Of a stretch of DNA of 64,000 nucleotides, positions 19,989-29,804 are shown in pieces. The number at the start of each line of letters is the position of its first letter. Position 1 is the stretch's first letter. The notes beneath the pieces are model-generated. The model did not search any database and had not been told where the DNA came from. It was given only the letters and a program-made list of their open reading frames with translations. Source of the DNA: Phycisphaerae bacterium (GTDB taxonomy: Bacteria; Planctomycetota; Phycisphaerae; UBA1845); the NCBI GenBank assembly GCA_963666835.2, contig CAXXGO010000006.1:2272001-2336000 (forward strand), given 5' to 3'. Made by a program: the position numbers and the translations under genes.

Positions 19989-22047
19989 AGACGGCAACGC
20001 GGACCGGATTCCGGTCGTTTTGACGATCGATACCGAGCCGGACAATGCTTGGGAGAACCACCACAATACGAGCGTGGCCAACGTGCAGGAACTTCTTCGT
20101 CTGCAGGAGTTGCTCGACAAGTACGGAGCGAAAGCTACGTGCTTGGTCACGTACCGAGTGATCCAGGATGATCGGGCCGTAAGTGTGTTGCGACAGCTTG
20201 TGGAGCACGGCGGGGCGGAGATCGGCGCCCACCTTCACCCGTGGGAGACTCCCCCGTTCATGGACTCCGGCGTGGACGTGCGATACCAGACCTATCCGCA
20301 TGAACTGCCGGTAGACGTGTTCGAGCAGAAGCTTACGTGTCTGACGGAGGCGATTGCGCGACGTTTTGGCCGGCCCACCTCTTACCGCGGAGGGCGGTGG
20401 GGGCTGGCGGCGGAGCACCTGCCGATTCTGGAACGCCTGGGGTACGAGGTGGATACGTCGGTAATGCCGTTGGAAGACTGGCGGCGTACGCCGGGCGTAC
20501 CGAAGTGTGAAAACGGGCGTGGTGGGATCGACTACCGCTTCGCGCCGATCGGGCCGTATTACCCGTCTTATGAGAGCGTTACGGACGAAGGCGATGCTCG
20601 GATTCTGGAGCTTCCGGTCAGCGTGGGGTTTACTCGCCGCACATCTCGCGCGGTGCGAGAGGTTTGGAGGCACCTGCCGTCGTTTCTGAAACGAGGGCTC
20701 GGTAAGTTGGAGGTTTTGCGGCCAGTCTGGGCCGTGCCTGCCGAGGAGCGGTGCGACCGGTTGGTTGACATGCTGCAGTATGCCATTGGTGTGCTTCCGT
20801 GCATTACTATTGCAGTGCATTCTTCCGAGCTGGCCTTGGGCGGTTCGCCGCGGAGCCGTACGAGCGGGCAGATCGACGAGGTGTTCAGACGCATAGACCG
20901 AATGCTGGATGTTCTTGCCGGGAGCGGTCGTTGTCAGTTTCGTACGATGTCCGACGCCTGTTGCCGATGGCGCGCAGGGGGCCGAGAGCCGGCACAGCCC
21001 AAGCAGTTATGCGGGGCGGTATCGGTGTCGGATTGCGACTCCGCCTCGACCGTGACTAACCCGGTTCAGCCGAGCGAAACGGAGCTGGTATATATTCTGG
21101 CGGCGAGCCACTCCGGTTCAACCTTGTTGGCAATGTTGCTCGGGGCGCATTCGGAGACATGCACGGTCGGAGAGTTGAAGGCTACTTCGCTTGGGAATCG
21201 TGAGACGTATCTCTGCTCCTGCGGTGTACGTATCAGAGGCTGCGAGTTCTGGCGCGAAGTAAGCGCGGAGATGGCGCGCCGCGGCGTCGCGTTCGACATA
21301 ACTGACGCCGGCATCGATATTCGGACGGGCGCTACGTTCTATGTGCGAAAGCTCCTGCAGCCGCTGCATCGTACGAGACGTTGGGAGTGCCTTAGGGACC
21401 TGCTGCTTAACTTGTCGCCGACTTGGCGGGCGAACTTGCCGAGGCTGCAACGGCGTAACCGAATCCTGGTCGAGACCCTGTGCCACTGTTGTAAGGCGCG
21501 CGTTATCATCGATTCCTCAAAGATCGGTCTGCGGCTGAAGTACTTGCTCCAGGATCCTGAACTGAACGTCAAAGTTGTACGGCTGATCCGAGACGGCCGG
21601 GCTGTCGCTCTGACCTATTGCAACCCACGCCTGTATGCGGGGGGCGTTGAAGCCGATGTGTCCGGCGATACGAGCCGAGAGGTTCTACCGGAAGATCCGC
21701 GTTCGATGAAGAAGGCGGCCTATGAATGGCGTCGCAGCAATGAGGAAGCCGAGTGCATCTTGAGCGGTTTGCCGACGTCGCAATGGGCGGAGGTGCGGTA
21801 CGAGGAGCTTTGCGCTGCTCCCGAGCAGACTCTGGATCGCCTGAGTAATTTCCTTAACCTCGATCCGGAGCGGCGTCTTCGGGATTTCCGCGCGCGCGCC
21901 CGACACGTTGTGGGAAACAGCATGCGGCTCGCGACGGCCGAAGGGATCAAGCTTGACGAACGGTGGCGCGCGGTGCTGACCGCTGAAGATCTGCGTGTTT
22001 TCGATGCCGTAGCCGGCCGGATGAACCGTCGATATGGTTATGTGTAA
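19963..22047 (+). CDS. Fusion of a polysaccharide deacetylase (WalW/NodB-like) and a sulfotransferase
   Basis: N-half: LTIDTEPD, GAHLHPWETPP, SYRGGRWG, YEVDTSV, HSSEL. C-half: 5'-PSB YILAASHSGSTLL, IIDSSK, 3'-PB LIRDGRAV, VRYEEL. One continuous ORF. Confidence 0.85.
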   Translation: MRAGVLTVRDGNADRIPVVLTIDTEPDNAWENHHNTSVANVQELLRLQELLDKYGAKATCLVTYRVIQDDRAVSVLRQLVEHGGAEIGAHLHPWETPPFMDSGVDVRYQTYPHELPVDVFEQKLTCLTEAIARRFGRPTSYRGGRWGLAAEHLPILERLGYEVDTSVMPLEDWRRTPGVPKCENGRGGIDYRFAPIGPYYPSYESVTDEGDARILELPVSVGFTRRTSRAVREVWRHLPSFLKRGLGKLEVLRPVWAVPAEERCDRLVDMLQYAIGVLPCITIAVHSSELALGGSPRSRTSGQIDEVFRRIDRMLDVLAGSGRCQFRTMSDACCRWRAGGREPAQPKQLCGAVSVSDCDSASTVTNPVQPSETELVYILAASHSGSTLLAMLLGAHSETCTVGELKATSLGNRETYLCSCGVRIRGCEFWREVSAEMARRGVAFDITDAGIDIRTGATFYVRKLLQPLHRTRRWECLRDLLLNLSPTWRANLPRLQRRNRILVETLCHCCKARVIIDSSKIGLRLKYLLQDPELNVKVVRLIRDGRAVALTYCNPRLYAGGVEADVSGDTSREVLPEDPRSMKKAAYEWRRSNEEAECILSGLPTSQWAEVRYEELCAAPEQTLDRLSNFLNLDPERRLRDFRARARHVVGNSMRLATAEGIKLDERWRAVLTAEDLRVFDAVAGRMNRRYGYV

Positions 22048-22059
22048 GAGCGAAGCGGC

Positions 22060-23670
22060 GTGGCGAAAGGAATAGATAAACGCGATTGCGCAATCCCGCA
22101 AATGGCCGCAGGCGGGGATGTTGGTGGGTCCGGACAAGAGCGTATCACTGCGAACGTCATAGCAAGTTGGGCCGGGCAATTGGTGTTTATTGCGGCCGGC
22201 TTTGTTCTGCCGCGGTTCATGGACCGCCATCTCGGCCAAGTGGCTCTCGGTGTATGGGACTTCGCTTGGTCCGTGGTAGGGTATTTCGGCCTCGTGCAGG
22301 CCGGGGTCGGCTCATCGGTGAACCGGTACGTGGCGAAGTACCGTTCTGCCGGCGATACCGAGGGGTTGCAGTGTGCGATGGCTTCGGTGAATTGCGTCCT
22401 GCTGACAGCGGCGGGAGTGATTGTGGTGCTGTCAGTTGCTGTCAGCAGGTTACTGCCCGGGTTTGCGGCGCGGCATTTGGGTGAGTACATCGCTGAGGCC
22501 CAATCTGTTGTTCTTCTGCTTGGTTTGGCTTTGGCGATTCAGATCGCCTTCGTTGTGTACTCCGGCGTTATTACGGGATGTCATCGCTGGGGTCTCCATA
22601 ACGGTATCAATTCGGCGTTCTACGCCGCGAGCATCGGAGTCATGGTAATAGCACTCACCCGTGGAGGTGGATTGACGACGCTGGCTGCGGTCTACTGCAG
22701 TGGGGTGGCGTTGACGGAAGTCACCCGTCTTTTTGCAGCGCATCGGATTTGTCCGGAATTGCGCGTGCATTGGAGGCTTGCCCGCTGGTCCGTTGCGCGC
22801 CGGATGATGAGTTTCGGCGGTAAGACGTTCGTTCCACGGGTCGCCGAGCTGATGCTGAACCAGACTGTGAGCATTCTCATCGTAGCCTATACCGGCCCGG
22901 CCTCGTTGGCGCTCTATTCGCGACCGCGGGCGCTCGTTCGGCATGTGCGTACGTTGGTTGGTAAACTGGCATTCGTTTTGACGCCGGTGGCGAGCGCGAT
23001 GCAAGCCACGGCGGATCGGGAACAGGTATGCAAGCTGCTGACGGATTCTGTCAGATACGCCGCGTACCTTGCGTTTCCCATGATTCTGGTGCTGATCATA
23101 CTCGGTGAGCCCATCCTGAGCGTGTGGATGGGACCGGAGTATGCGGTGGGGTCGGTTATAGCTATTCTGGCCGTTGGGTTTCTGGCAACGGTGACGAATC
23201 AGCCGATTCTGAGCATTCTAACAGGCCTGAACGCGCATGGCAGGCCGGGCTTCGCCCGCCTTGGGGGCTCGATTTGTGCGGTGGGGTTTGCCGTCCTGGC
23301 GCTCGGGCCTTTTGGGTGGGGGCTGCCGGGGGCGGCCGCGGCGATATCGGTTCCTCTGACTGTTGTGGATGGCGTGTACTTGCCGATTCTTGCGTGCCAA
23401 CGGCTTGGGCTTCCGCTTCGCACGTATCTGCTCAAAGCGTTCAGTGGTCCGGTGGGTTGCGCCGTTCCATTCGCTGCGTGTCTAGTATTTGCGCGGGCCG
23501 TCTTTGCCGATCGAGCATTGGCTGCTCTGGTGTGCGGTATGACGGTGGGCGGCCTCGTTCTGATGGTGGCCTACTGGAGGTACGCATTACCCGGCAGTTT
23601 GCGTCGTCGGATTACGGGTGTATTTGGCGGGGCGATGTCGCGCATTGCCGGCGTCAAGCCCAGGGCGTAG
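22060..23670 (+). CDS. wzx: Wzx-type flippase / polysaccharide biosynthesis transporter
   Basis: About 12-14 hydrophobic segments; LGQVALGVWDFAWSVVGYFGL..GVGSSVNRYVA; PILSVWMGPEY. Confidence 0.85.
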   Translation: MAKGIDKRDCAIPQMAAGGDVGGSGQERITANVIASWAGQLVFIAAGFVLPRFMDRHLGQVALGVWDFAWSVVGYFGLVQAGVGSSVNRYVAKYRSAGDTEGLQCAMASVNCVLLTAAGVIVVLSVAVSRLLPGFAARHLGEYIAEAQSVVLLLGLALAIQIAFVVYSGVITGCHRWGLHNGINSAFYAASIGVMVIALTRGGGLTTLAAVYCSGVALTEVTRLFAAHRICPELRVHWRLARWSVARRMMSFGGKTFVPRVAELMLNQTVSILIVAYTGPASLALYSRPRALVRHVRTLVGKLAFVLTPVASAMQATADREQVCKLLTDSVRYAAYLAFPMILVLIILGEPILSVWMGPEYAVGSVIAILAVGFLATVTNQPILSILTGLNAHGRPGFARLGGSICAVGFAVLALGPFGWGLPGAAAAISVPLTVVDGVYLPILACQRLGLPLRTYLLKAFSGPVGCAVPFAACLVFARAVFADRALAALVCGMTVGGLVLMVAYWRYALPGSLRRRITGVFGGAMSRIAGVKPRA

Positions 23671-23681
23671 CCCAGCGGACT

Positions 23682-24827
23682 ATGGCGATAACAATCATCC
23701 GATACTGGGGTAGCAACTTCAAGCGGGCCGGGCATAGCGATCTGTTTGCCCGTATCTTTCGCGAGGCTGCGGTCAAGGGCTGGCGCAGTTGCTTGGTATG
23801 CAGTCACCCACCCGAGGATTCAAGTTGGCTGGAGCCGCTGCGGGAGGTAGGCACGCAGATAGAGTATCTTCCGCGACCAAGGCGGAACTTCGACGTGGGA
23901 TGCATGCGGCGCGTCGCGCGATTGTGCCGGAAACTTAAGTGCGATGTCTTCCATTGTGACAACATGCACACGAGTCCTCTTATCGGGAGTACATTAGCCA
24001 GGGTGCCAGTGCGGTTGTGGTCGAAGCGAGCGATGAACCCGGTTTTTGAAACGGGGCGGAAGCCGACATTTCGCGACCGCTTGGTGCCGAGCCTGCGCTT
24101 GTCCTGTTGGTTGGCGACCAAGACACTGGCCGTGTCGCGTGCCGTCAAGGACGAACTCGTGGAGTTGGGGATCGCGGAAAGGAGGTTGATGGTTCTGCCG
24201 AATCCGGTAGACATAAAGCCGCCTGGAAGTCTCGATCGCGATGGTACCCGAGCTGCGCTTGGGTATAGCGACGGTGAATTCGTGATTTCGACGGTAGGCC
24301 ACGCCGTTCCGGTGAAGGGCTGGGATGTGCTGCTGAGGGCGTTTGGGGCGATCGCAGGCGAGGTGCCCGAAGCGCGATTACTGTTCGTGGGGAGTACGGT
24401 TTCCGCGGAGGAAAAAGCCTGGACCCAGGTTTTGCGAAAGACAATCATGGAGTTGCGCCTGTCAGCGCGAGTGAGGTTCGTCGGGGACATAGACGACGTA
24501 CCGTCTGTGTTGGCAGCGTCTGATCTCTTCGTGCTTCCGTCGCGGTCGGAAGGTTATGGTATGGCGTTGACGGAAGCCCTGGCCGGCGGCCTTCCGTGTA
24601 TTGCGACTCGCGTCGGGGTCGCGCCGGATCTTATTCGGGACGGCCAGAACGGTTTTCTGGTCGCGCGCGAGGATGCCAAGGCGCTGGCCGATTACATGCT
24701 ACGGTTGGCTCGGGATAAGGATGACCGCGAGAGAATGTCGCGCGTCGCCCGATCAGAGAGAGTGGCACCCAGCACTGGTGAGTATGCCAGCCGGGTTGTT
24801 GCCTTGTATGAAACGCTGCTGGCATAA
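23682..24827 (+). CDS. Glycosyltransferase family 4
   Basis: VGHAVPVKGWD and DLFVLPSRSEGYGMALTEALAGGLPCIATRVG (EX7E). ATG 23682 follows the wzx stop. Confidence 0.9.
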   Translation: MAITIIRYWGSNFKRAGHSDLFARIFREAAVKGWRSCLVCSHPPEDSSWLEPLREVGTQIEYLPRPRRNFDVGCMRRVARLCRKLKCDVFHCDNMHTSPLIGSTLARVPVRLWSKRAMNPVFETGRKPTFRDRLVPSLRLSCWLATKTLAVSRAVKDELVELGIAERRLMVLPNPVDIKPPGSLDRDGTRAALGYSDGEFVISTVGHAVPVKGWDVLLRAFGAIAGEVPEARLLFVGSTVSAEEKAWTQVLRKTIMELRLSARVRFVGDIDDVPSVLAASDLFVLPSRSEGYGMALTEALAGGLPCIATRVGVAPDLIRDGQNGFLVAREDAKALADYMLRLARDKDDRERMSRVARSERVAPSTGEYASRVVALYETLLA

Positions 24828-24853
24828 CGGAATAGGCGGGATTGAGCGCGGGC

Positions 24854-26005
24854 ATGGCCGGAGATCGTTCGACGTTGCGAATCTGCATGGTCGCTCATAA
24901 TGCCTACGGCGCCTTGGCGGGGAGTGTACGGGGGCACATCGGTGGCGTGGAGTGGCAGACGAGCTTGATGGCGAAGCAGTTGGTCCGGAGAGGTTTCCAG
25001 GTGGTGGTGCTGGTTTGGGGCGAGGGGCCGGCTGGGGACGAAACTACATGCGACGGGGTCCGGATCATCAAGATGTGTCGGCAAACGGAGGGGCTACCCG
25101 GTTTGCGGTTCTTTCACCCCCGATGGAGTAGCTTGACCCGGGCGTTGGCCCGGGCGGATTGCGACGTGTATTACCATAATTCTGCCGAGTGTGTTACGGG
25201 CCAAATAGCTCTCTGGTGTCGGCGGCATGGGCGCCGGTTTGTGTATTCAGTGGCCAGCGATATGGACTGCGATGTGGCGTTGCCGGACCTGCCGGGTTTG
25301 CGGGAGCGAGTGCTGTACCGGCTCGGCCTGCGCCGCGCTGATCGAATAATCGCCCAGACGCGCACGCAGCAGGCGATGTTGCGGACCGGTTTCGGACGCG
25401 ATTCGGTGGTTATCCCGATGCCGTGTGCGGGGCCGCGCAGCGGAGAGTATGTGCCGGTTTCACCGCCGGCTGTCGGGCCGCCGCGGGTTTTGTGGGTGGG
25501 CCGGATCGCGCCGGTTAAGCGGGTAGAGCTGTTGTGGGATGTTGCCGCCGCAATGCCTGACGTGTGTTTCGACGTTGTCGGCCCATTGGAGCCGGAAACT
25601 GTTTACACTCGCGAGCAATGCCGGATCGCGGGGGACTTGCCCAATGTGACGCTTCATGGGCGGATTGCACGGGAACGAATGCCGGACCTGTATCGCCAAG
25701 CTTCGTGCCTCTGCTGCACCTCGCGTTTCGAAGGGTTTCCCAACACGTTCTTAGAAGCGTGGAGTTATGGCATCCCGGTTGTATCGACGTTTGATCCGGA
25801 CGGATTGATCGCAGAGCGGGGTTTGGGGGTCGCGGCGTCCGATGTCGCAGGTCTTGTGCGGGGAATTCGAGGGTTGCTGGCATCGCCGGAGCGATGGCGC
25901 GAAGCCGGCGATAACGCGAGACGGTATTACTCGGAGAACCACACGGTGGAAGCGGTTTTGCCCCGATTCGAGCAGGTCTTTCGGGAAGGTCTGAGGAGCG
26001 CATAG
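24854..26005 (+). CDS. Glycosyltransferase family 4
   Basis: GGVEWQ, VLWVGRIAPVKR, TSRFEGFPNTFLEAWSYGIPVV. Confidence 0.9.
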   Translation: MAGDRSTLRICMVAHNAYGALAGSVRGHIGGVEWQTSLMAKQLVRRGFQVVVLVWGEGPAGDETTCDGVRIIKMCRQTEGLPGLRFFHPRWSSLTRALARADCDVYYHNSAECVTGQIALWCRRHGRRFVYSVASDMDCDVALPDLPGLRERVLYRLGLRRADRIIAQTRTQQAMLRTGFGRDSVVIPMPCAGPRSGEYVPVSPPAVGPPRVLWVGRIAPVKRVELLWDVAAAMPDVCFDVVGPLEPETVYTREQCRIAGDLPNVTLHGRIARERMPDLYRQASCLCCTSRFEGFPNTFLEAWSYGIPVVSTFDPDGLIAERGLGVAASDVAGLVRGIRGLLASPERWREAGDNARRYYSENHTVEAVLPRFEQVFREGLRSA

Positions 26006-26024
26006 CCGCCACAATGTACGGGAG

Positions 26025-27164
26025 ATGTTGGTGAAGCTTGTTGTTGCGACATCGTTTCCGAAGGATCCGAGCCGGCCGTTCGGCGGCGTGGAGGCGGTCA
26101 GTGTCAACTTGGTCAAGGGACTGGCGGAGCTGGACGACCTTGACGTACACGTGGTAACGACCTGTCGGTCATGCGAATCGCCAACGCAATCGCAATGGTG
26201 CGGAGCTGCGGTCCATCGGCTGCCTTGGGAGGGACGCAATGTACTAACGCACGTTGTGGGCCCGGGACGGCGGCGCGTGCGTGAGTACGTAGCCGGGCTG
26301 GACCCCGACGTTATTCACGCTCACGACATCTACGGGATTATGGTCAAACAGATGGCGATTCCTCGTGTCTTCACTATCCACGGGTTCATCCATGCTGATA
26401 CGCTGGAAGCTCAAGCGAGGTTTGCCCGCGTGCGATCACGGATTTGGCGATCCGTGGAACTTGCGGGGTGGGCGGATCAGCCGCACATAATCTCAATCAG
26501 TCCGTACGTGCGAGAGCGACTCTCCGGAATCGCGAAGGGGGTCATTCACGATATTGACAATCCGATCGCAGAGGGCTTTTTCGATATCGCTCGCGTGGAG
26601 CAGAAGGGGGTCATCTTCAGTGCCGGCTTGATCTGCCCGCGCAAGAACCAATTGAAGCTCGTTGAGGCGGTGGGGATTCTGCGGGCTCGCGGGCTTGACG
26701 TCCGCCTCAGATTGGCTGGCGCGGTCGCCGATCGCCAGTATGGTGAGCGCGTTGAGAATCGGATCAACATGCTTGGCCTTGACAAGCACGTGGCTCTTCT
26801 CGGGTCAATCAGCGTAGAGCAGGTGCAGGACGAACTTGCCTCGGCCGGCGTGTTTGCGCTCGTTTCGTTCGAGGAAGGTTCGCCCATGGGAATCGAAGAA
26901 GCCATGGCTGCCGGGGTGCCCGTCGTTACGTCGAACCGTTGCGGAATGCCGTATATGGTGCGCGACGGCGTTTCCGGTTTCCTTGTTGATCCGCATGACG
27001 AAGAGGATATCGCGTGGCGGATCGGGGAAGTTCTGAAGGACGATTCGTTGCGGGCGTCGATGGGGGCGAAGGCCCGGGAGATCGCGCTGGACCGATTCCA
27101 CCCGGCGGCAGTTGCGCAGCGAACGCGGGAGGTGTATCGTCGAGCCGTGCGGAAGCACAGGTAG
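26025..27164 (+). CDS. Glycosyltransferase family 4
   Basis: GGVEAV, PDVIHAH, ICPRKNQ, SFEEGSPMGIEEAMAAGVPVVTS. Confidence 0.9.
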   Translation: MLVKLVVATSFPKDPSRPFGGVEAVSVNLVKGLAELDDLDVHVVTTCRSCESPTQSQWCGAAVHRLPWEGRNVLTHVVGPGRRRVREYVAGLDPDVIHAHDIYGIMVKQMAIPRVFTIHGFIHADTLEAQARFARVRSRIWRSVELAGWADQPHIISISPYVRERLSGIAKGVIHDIDNPIAEGFFDIARVEQKGVIFSAGLICPRKNQLKLVEAVGILRARGLDVRLRLAGAVADRQYGERVENRINMLGLDKHVALLGSISVEQVQDELASAGVFALVSFEEGSPMGIEEAMAAGVPVVTSNRCGMPYMVRDGVSGFLVDPHDEEDIAWRIGEVLKDDSLRASMGAKAREIALDRFHPAAVAQRTREVYRRAVRKHR

Positions 27165-27171
27165 GACACGA

Positions 27172-28407
27172 TTGAACGTGGATGACGTGCGACTTCGACC
27201 GATCCCATATCCGTACCACGCGGCGCTTGCCATCTGCAGCGATTTGGACGAGACGCCGGACAGGCATGTGTATTGGGAGATTGCCAGTTTTCTGAACACC
27301 AATAAGGTTACGTCTATGGGGCCGGGCGTCGGCCTCGAGGTCGGCAATACGATTTATTTTGATATGTCGCCCGATCAGTTTGCCTATTGGAATACTGACG
27401 ATGCCGGTCGCGAGATGGTGCGGACTCTGATCCGAAGCGGACACGTTGACTGCCTGCATTCGTACGGAGACCTTGCGACGACGCGCGCACACGCCGCGCG
27501 TGCCTTGGACGAACTGGACCGGCACGACTGTCGATTGGAGGTCTGGGTCGATCACGCGGTTGCTCCAACGAACTTCGGGGCGGACATTATGAACGGACAC
27601 GGTGACGTGCCGGGGGCACCTGCCTATCATGCCGACCTGAGCTGTGCTTTCGGTGTGAAGTACGTGTGGCGCGGCCGGATCACGAGCGTCGTTGGACAGG
27701 GCGTGCCGCGGAGCGTTGGCGGTATTGCCGACAGGCGGAACATTGTTGGTTCCGGTAGGACCGTGGCCAAGGAGTGCGTCAAGGGCACATTGGCTCGACT
27801 GGGCAACCGCAAGTACGCCATGCATGGTCCGAATGAAGTTCTTCGTCGCACGCGCTTGCGAGACGGAAGAGAAGTACACGAGTTCATGCGGGCGAACCCA
27901 TACTGGGGCGGTGTGGAACACTCGGCCACGTCCGCGGGTCTGGCGGACGTGATGACTGATCGCTTCCTCAAGCGGCTGGTGGAACGTGGAGGCGTTTGCA
28001 TTCTGTATACGCATTTAGGGAAGATCAAGGATCATGAACGCCCGTTCGGCCTTCCGGCGCAGGACGCCTTGCGGAGGCTGGCAGAATATCAGCAAGGCGG
28101 TTCGATCCTTGTGACAACCACGCATAGGCTGTTGGAGTTTCGGCGAGCCGTAACGGAGGCAGACTGGACGGTCCGGTATGAAGATGACGGAGCTCTTTCG
28201 ATCGATCTGAGGCTCGACTCATTGCCGGATCAACGGGCTGCGGTGTCCGCGATAGACGGGTTGACGTGGTATGTTGGCGATTCGGCGGCTGTACGCCTTA
28301 TCGTCAACGGACGCAAGATAGAGGATCTTCGGATCAATCCTCCCGACCAGACCGGCCGAGCAAGCGTTTCGGTTCCTTGGCCGAGGTTGGAGTTCCCGAG
28401 CCTGTGA
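27172..28407 (+). CDS. Hypothetical protein, putative deacetylase/hydrolase-fold
   Basis: PYPYHAALAICSDLDET, LHSYGD, VWVDHA, ILYTHLG: an Asp/His pattern resembling CE4-like metal enzymes. TTG 27172 has AGGA upstream. Confidence 0.55.
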   Translation: MNVDDVRLRPIPYPYHAALAICSDLDETPDRHVYWEIASFLNTNKVTSMGPGVGLEVGNTIYFDMSPDQFAYWNTDDAGREMVRTLIRSGHVDCLHSYGDLATTRAHAARALDELDRHDCRLEVWVDHAVAPTNFGADIMNGHGDVPGAPAYHADLSCAFGVKYVWRGRITSVVGQGVPRSVGGIADRRNIVGSGRTVAKECVKGTLARLGNRKYAMHGPNEVLRRTRLRDGREVHEFMRANPYWGGVEHSATSAGLADVMTDRFLKRLVERGGVCILYTHLGKIKDHERPFGLPAQDALRRLAEYQQGGSILVTTTHRLLEFRRAVTEADWTVRYEDDGALSIDLRLDSLPDQRAAVSAIDGLTWYVGDSAAVRLIVNGRKIEDLRINPPDQTGRASVSVPWPRLEFPSL

Positions 28408-29729
28408 ACGCTGAATCAACATCTTCTGCCGCTGCGACAGCCGGGTCCGTTGAAATAGCTCGTGCCGACGCGGGTAATGCGTGCGCTTCGCACTCAGGAT
28501 CAGCGGTCCGCAGGTTACGCCGCTTCTTCGTGCATCTTACGCTACGCTGGCTCATGCTGTTTTACGGTATGATGCTCGGATTGGCGAAGATGCTAGGTTA
28601 TCTGATACGTCCGCGCGCTTACACCGGGCGGTGCGAGGTTGTGGTGACCGGGACGTTCTACTCGGACAACTGGATCACCTCACACCTACGCCCGTTGGCG
28701 GCATCCGGAGAGTGTTCACGTTTGTGGGTTGTATCAACGTATCCGATCCCACGAATACCGAATGTTGAAGCGGTTGCCCCGTCTCACTGGCTGCAGCGTA
28801 CTATCGGCAAGGTGCCGGCTCGTTTGATGCTGTTTGCCGTTACTGTGCTAAGACGCAGACCGGCCGTTGTGGGTGGGTTTCATCTTCTGGTGAATGGGCT
28901 GGTCGCCGCGGTATTGGCGCGGCTTGTGCGGGCTCGATCGATGTACTTCTGTGTCGGTGGTCCGATGGAGGTTCTTGACGGCGGGGTCTGGGCGGAGAAT
29001 CGGGTTTTTGGGCTATTGGAGACCCCGGACCCGGTCATCGAACGACGTCTGCTCCGGGCGGTTTCCGCCTTTGATCTTGTAATCACGATGGGGACCCGTG
29101 CCGTGACCTTTCTGAAACACCGTGGCGTGGAGTCCAGCTTTCACGTGGTATCCGGAGGTATCGAGTCACACCGGTTCAGCGGGGCCGACTCGGATCCCTC
29201 GTTCGACCTAATCATGGTCGGACGGCTCGCGTCAATCAAACGCGTGGACGTTTTTCTGCGTACGCTGGCGCATGTGCGAAGAGAACTGCCGGACACCACG
29301 GCCGTGATCGTGGGCGAAGGTCCCCTGCGCGGCTCACTCGAAGAGCTTGCCCATGATCTTGGTCTGCGGGACTGCGTGACTTTTGCGGGTCATCAGAATG
29401 ATGTCGAGAAGTGGCTCAAAAAGGCGCGAATATTCGTGTTATGTTCGGACTCGGAGGGGCTTGCTCTTTCATTGATGGAGGCAATGATGTGCGGATTGCC
29501 GGCCGTCGTGTCGAATGTCGGCGACTTGGCGGATCTCGTCGAAGAGGGCGTCAATGGCTACCTCGTTGAACGCAGATCCCCGGAAGCGGCCGCTGCTCGA
29601 ATTGTCGACCTACTTGGCGACGAGACCAAACGGGCGGCTTTTGCCAGAGCGGCGCACCAGACCGCCCTGCGCCATGACACGGCGAGCGTTACGAGACAAT
29701 GGGATTCGATTCTCGGACAACTTCCGTGA
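28404..29729 (+). CDS. Glycosyltransferase family 4
   Basis: VGRLASIKRVD and SDSEGLALSLMEAMMCGLPAVVSNVG. GTGA overlap with the upstream gene. Confidence 0.88.
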   Translation: MNAESTSSAAATAGSVEIARADAGNACASHSGSAVRRLRRFFVHLTLRWLMLFYGMMLGLAKMLGYLIRPRAYTGRCEVVVTGTFYSDNWITSHLRPLAASGECSRLWVVSTYPIPRIPNVEAVAPSHWLQRTIGKVPARLMLFAVTVLRRRPAVVGGFHLLVNGLVAAVLARLVRARSMYFCVGGPMEVLDGGVWAENRVFGLLETPDPVIERRLLRAVSAFDLVITMGTRAVTFLKHRGVESSFHVVSGGIESHRFSGADSDPSFDLIMVGRLASIKRVDVFLRTLAHVRRELPDTTAVIVGEGPLRGSLEELAHDLGLRDCVTFAGHQNDVEKWLKKARIFVLCSDSEGLALSLMEAMMCGLPAVVSNVGDLADLVEEGVNGYLVERRSPEAAAARIVDLLGDETKRAAFARAAHQTALRHDTASVTRQWDSILGQLP

Positions 29730-29804
29730 GCGGGCTGCTGAAGCGGATGGGGGTCGGGTCGACGGTCAATCCGGTGTGTGAAAGCAAGGCGCGACGGCGC
29801 AGTT

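Noticed and set aside
23124..23681. N-terminal extension of the first GT4 ORF (similar extensions at 15715, 28266, 60018, 61588)
   Set aside because: These extensions overlap upstream genes in another frame. Better starts lie at or just after the upstream stop codons.
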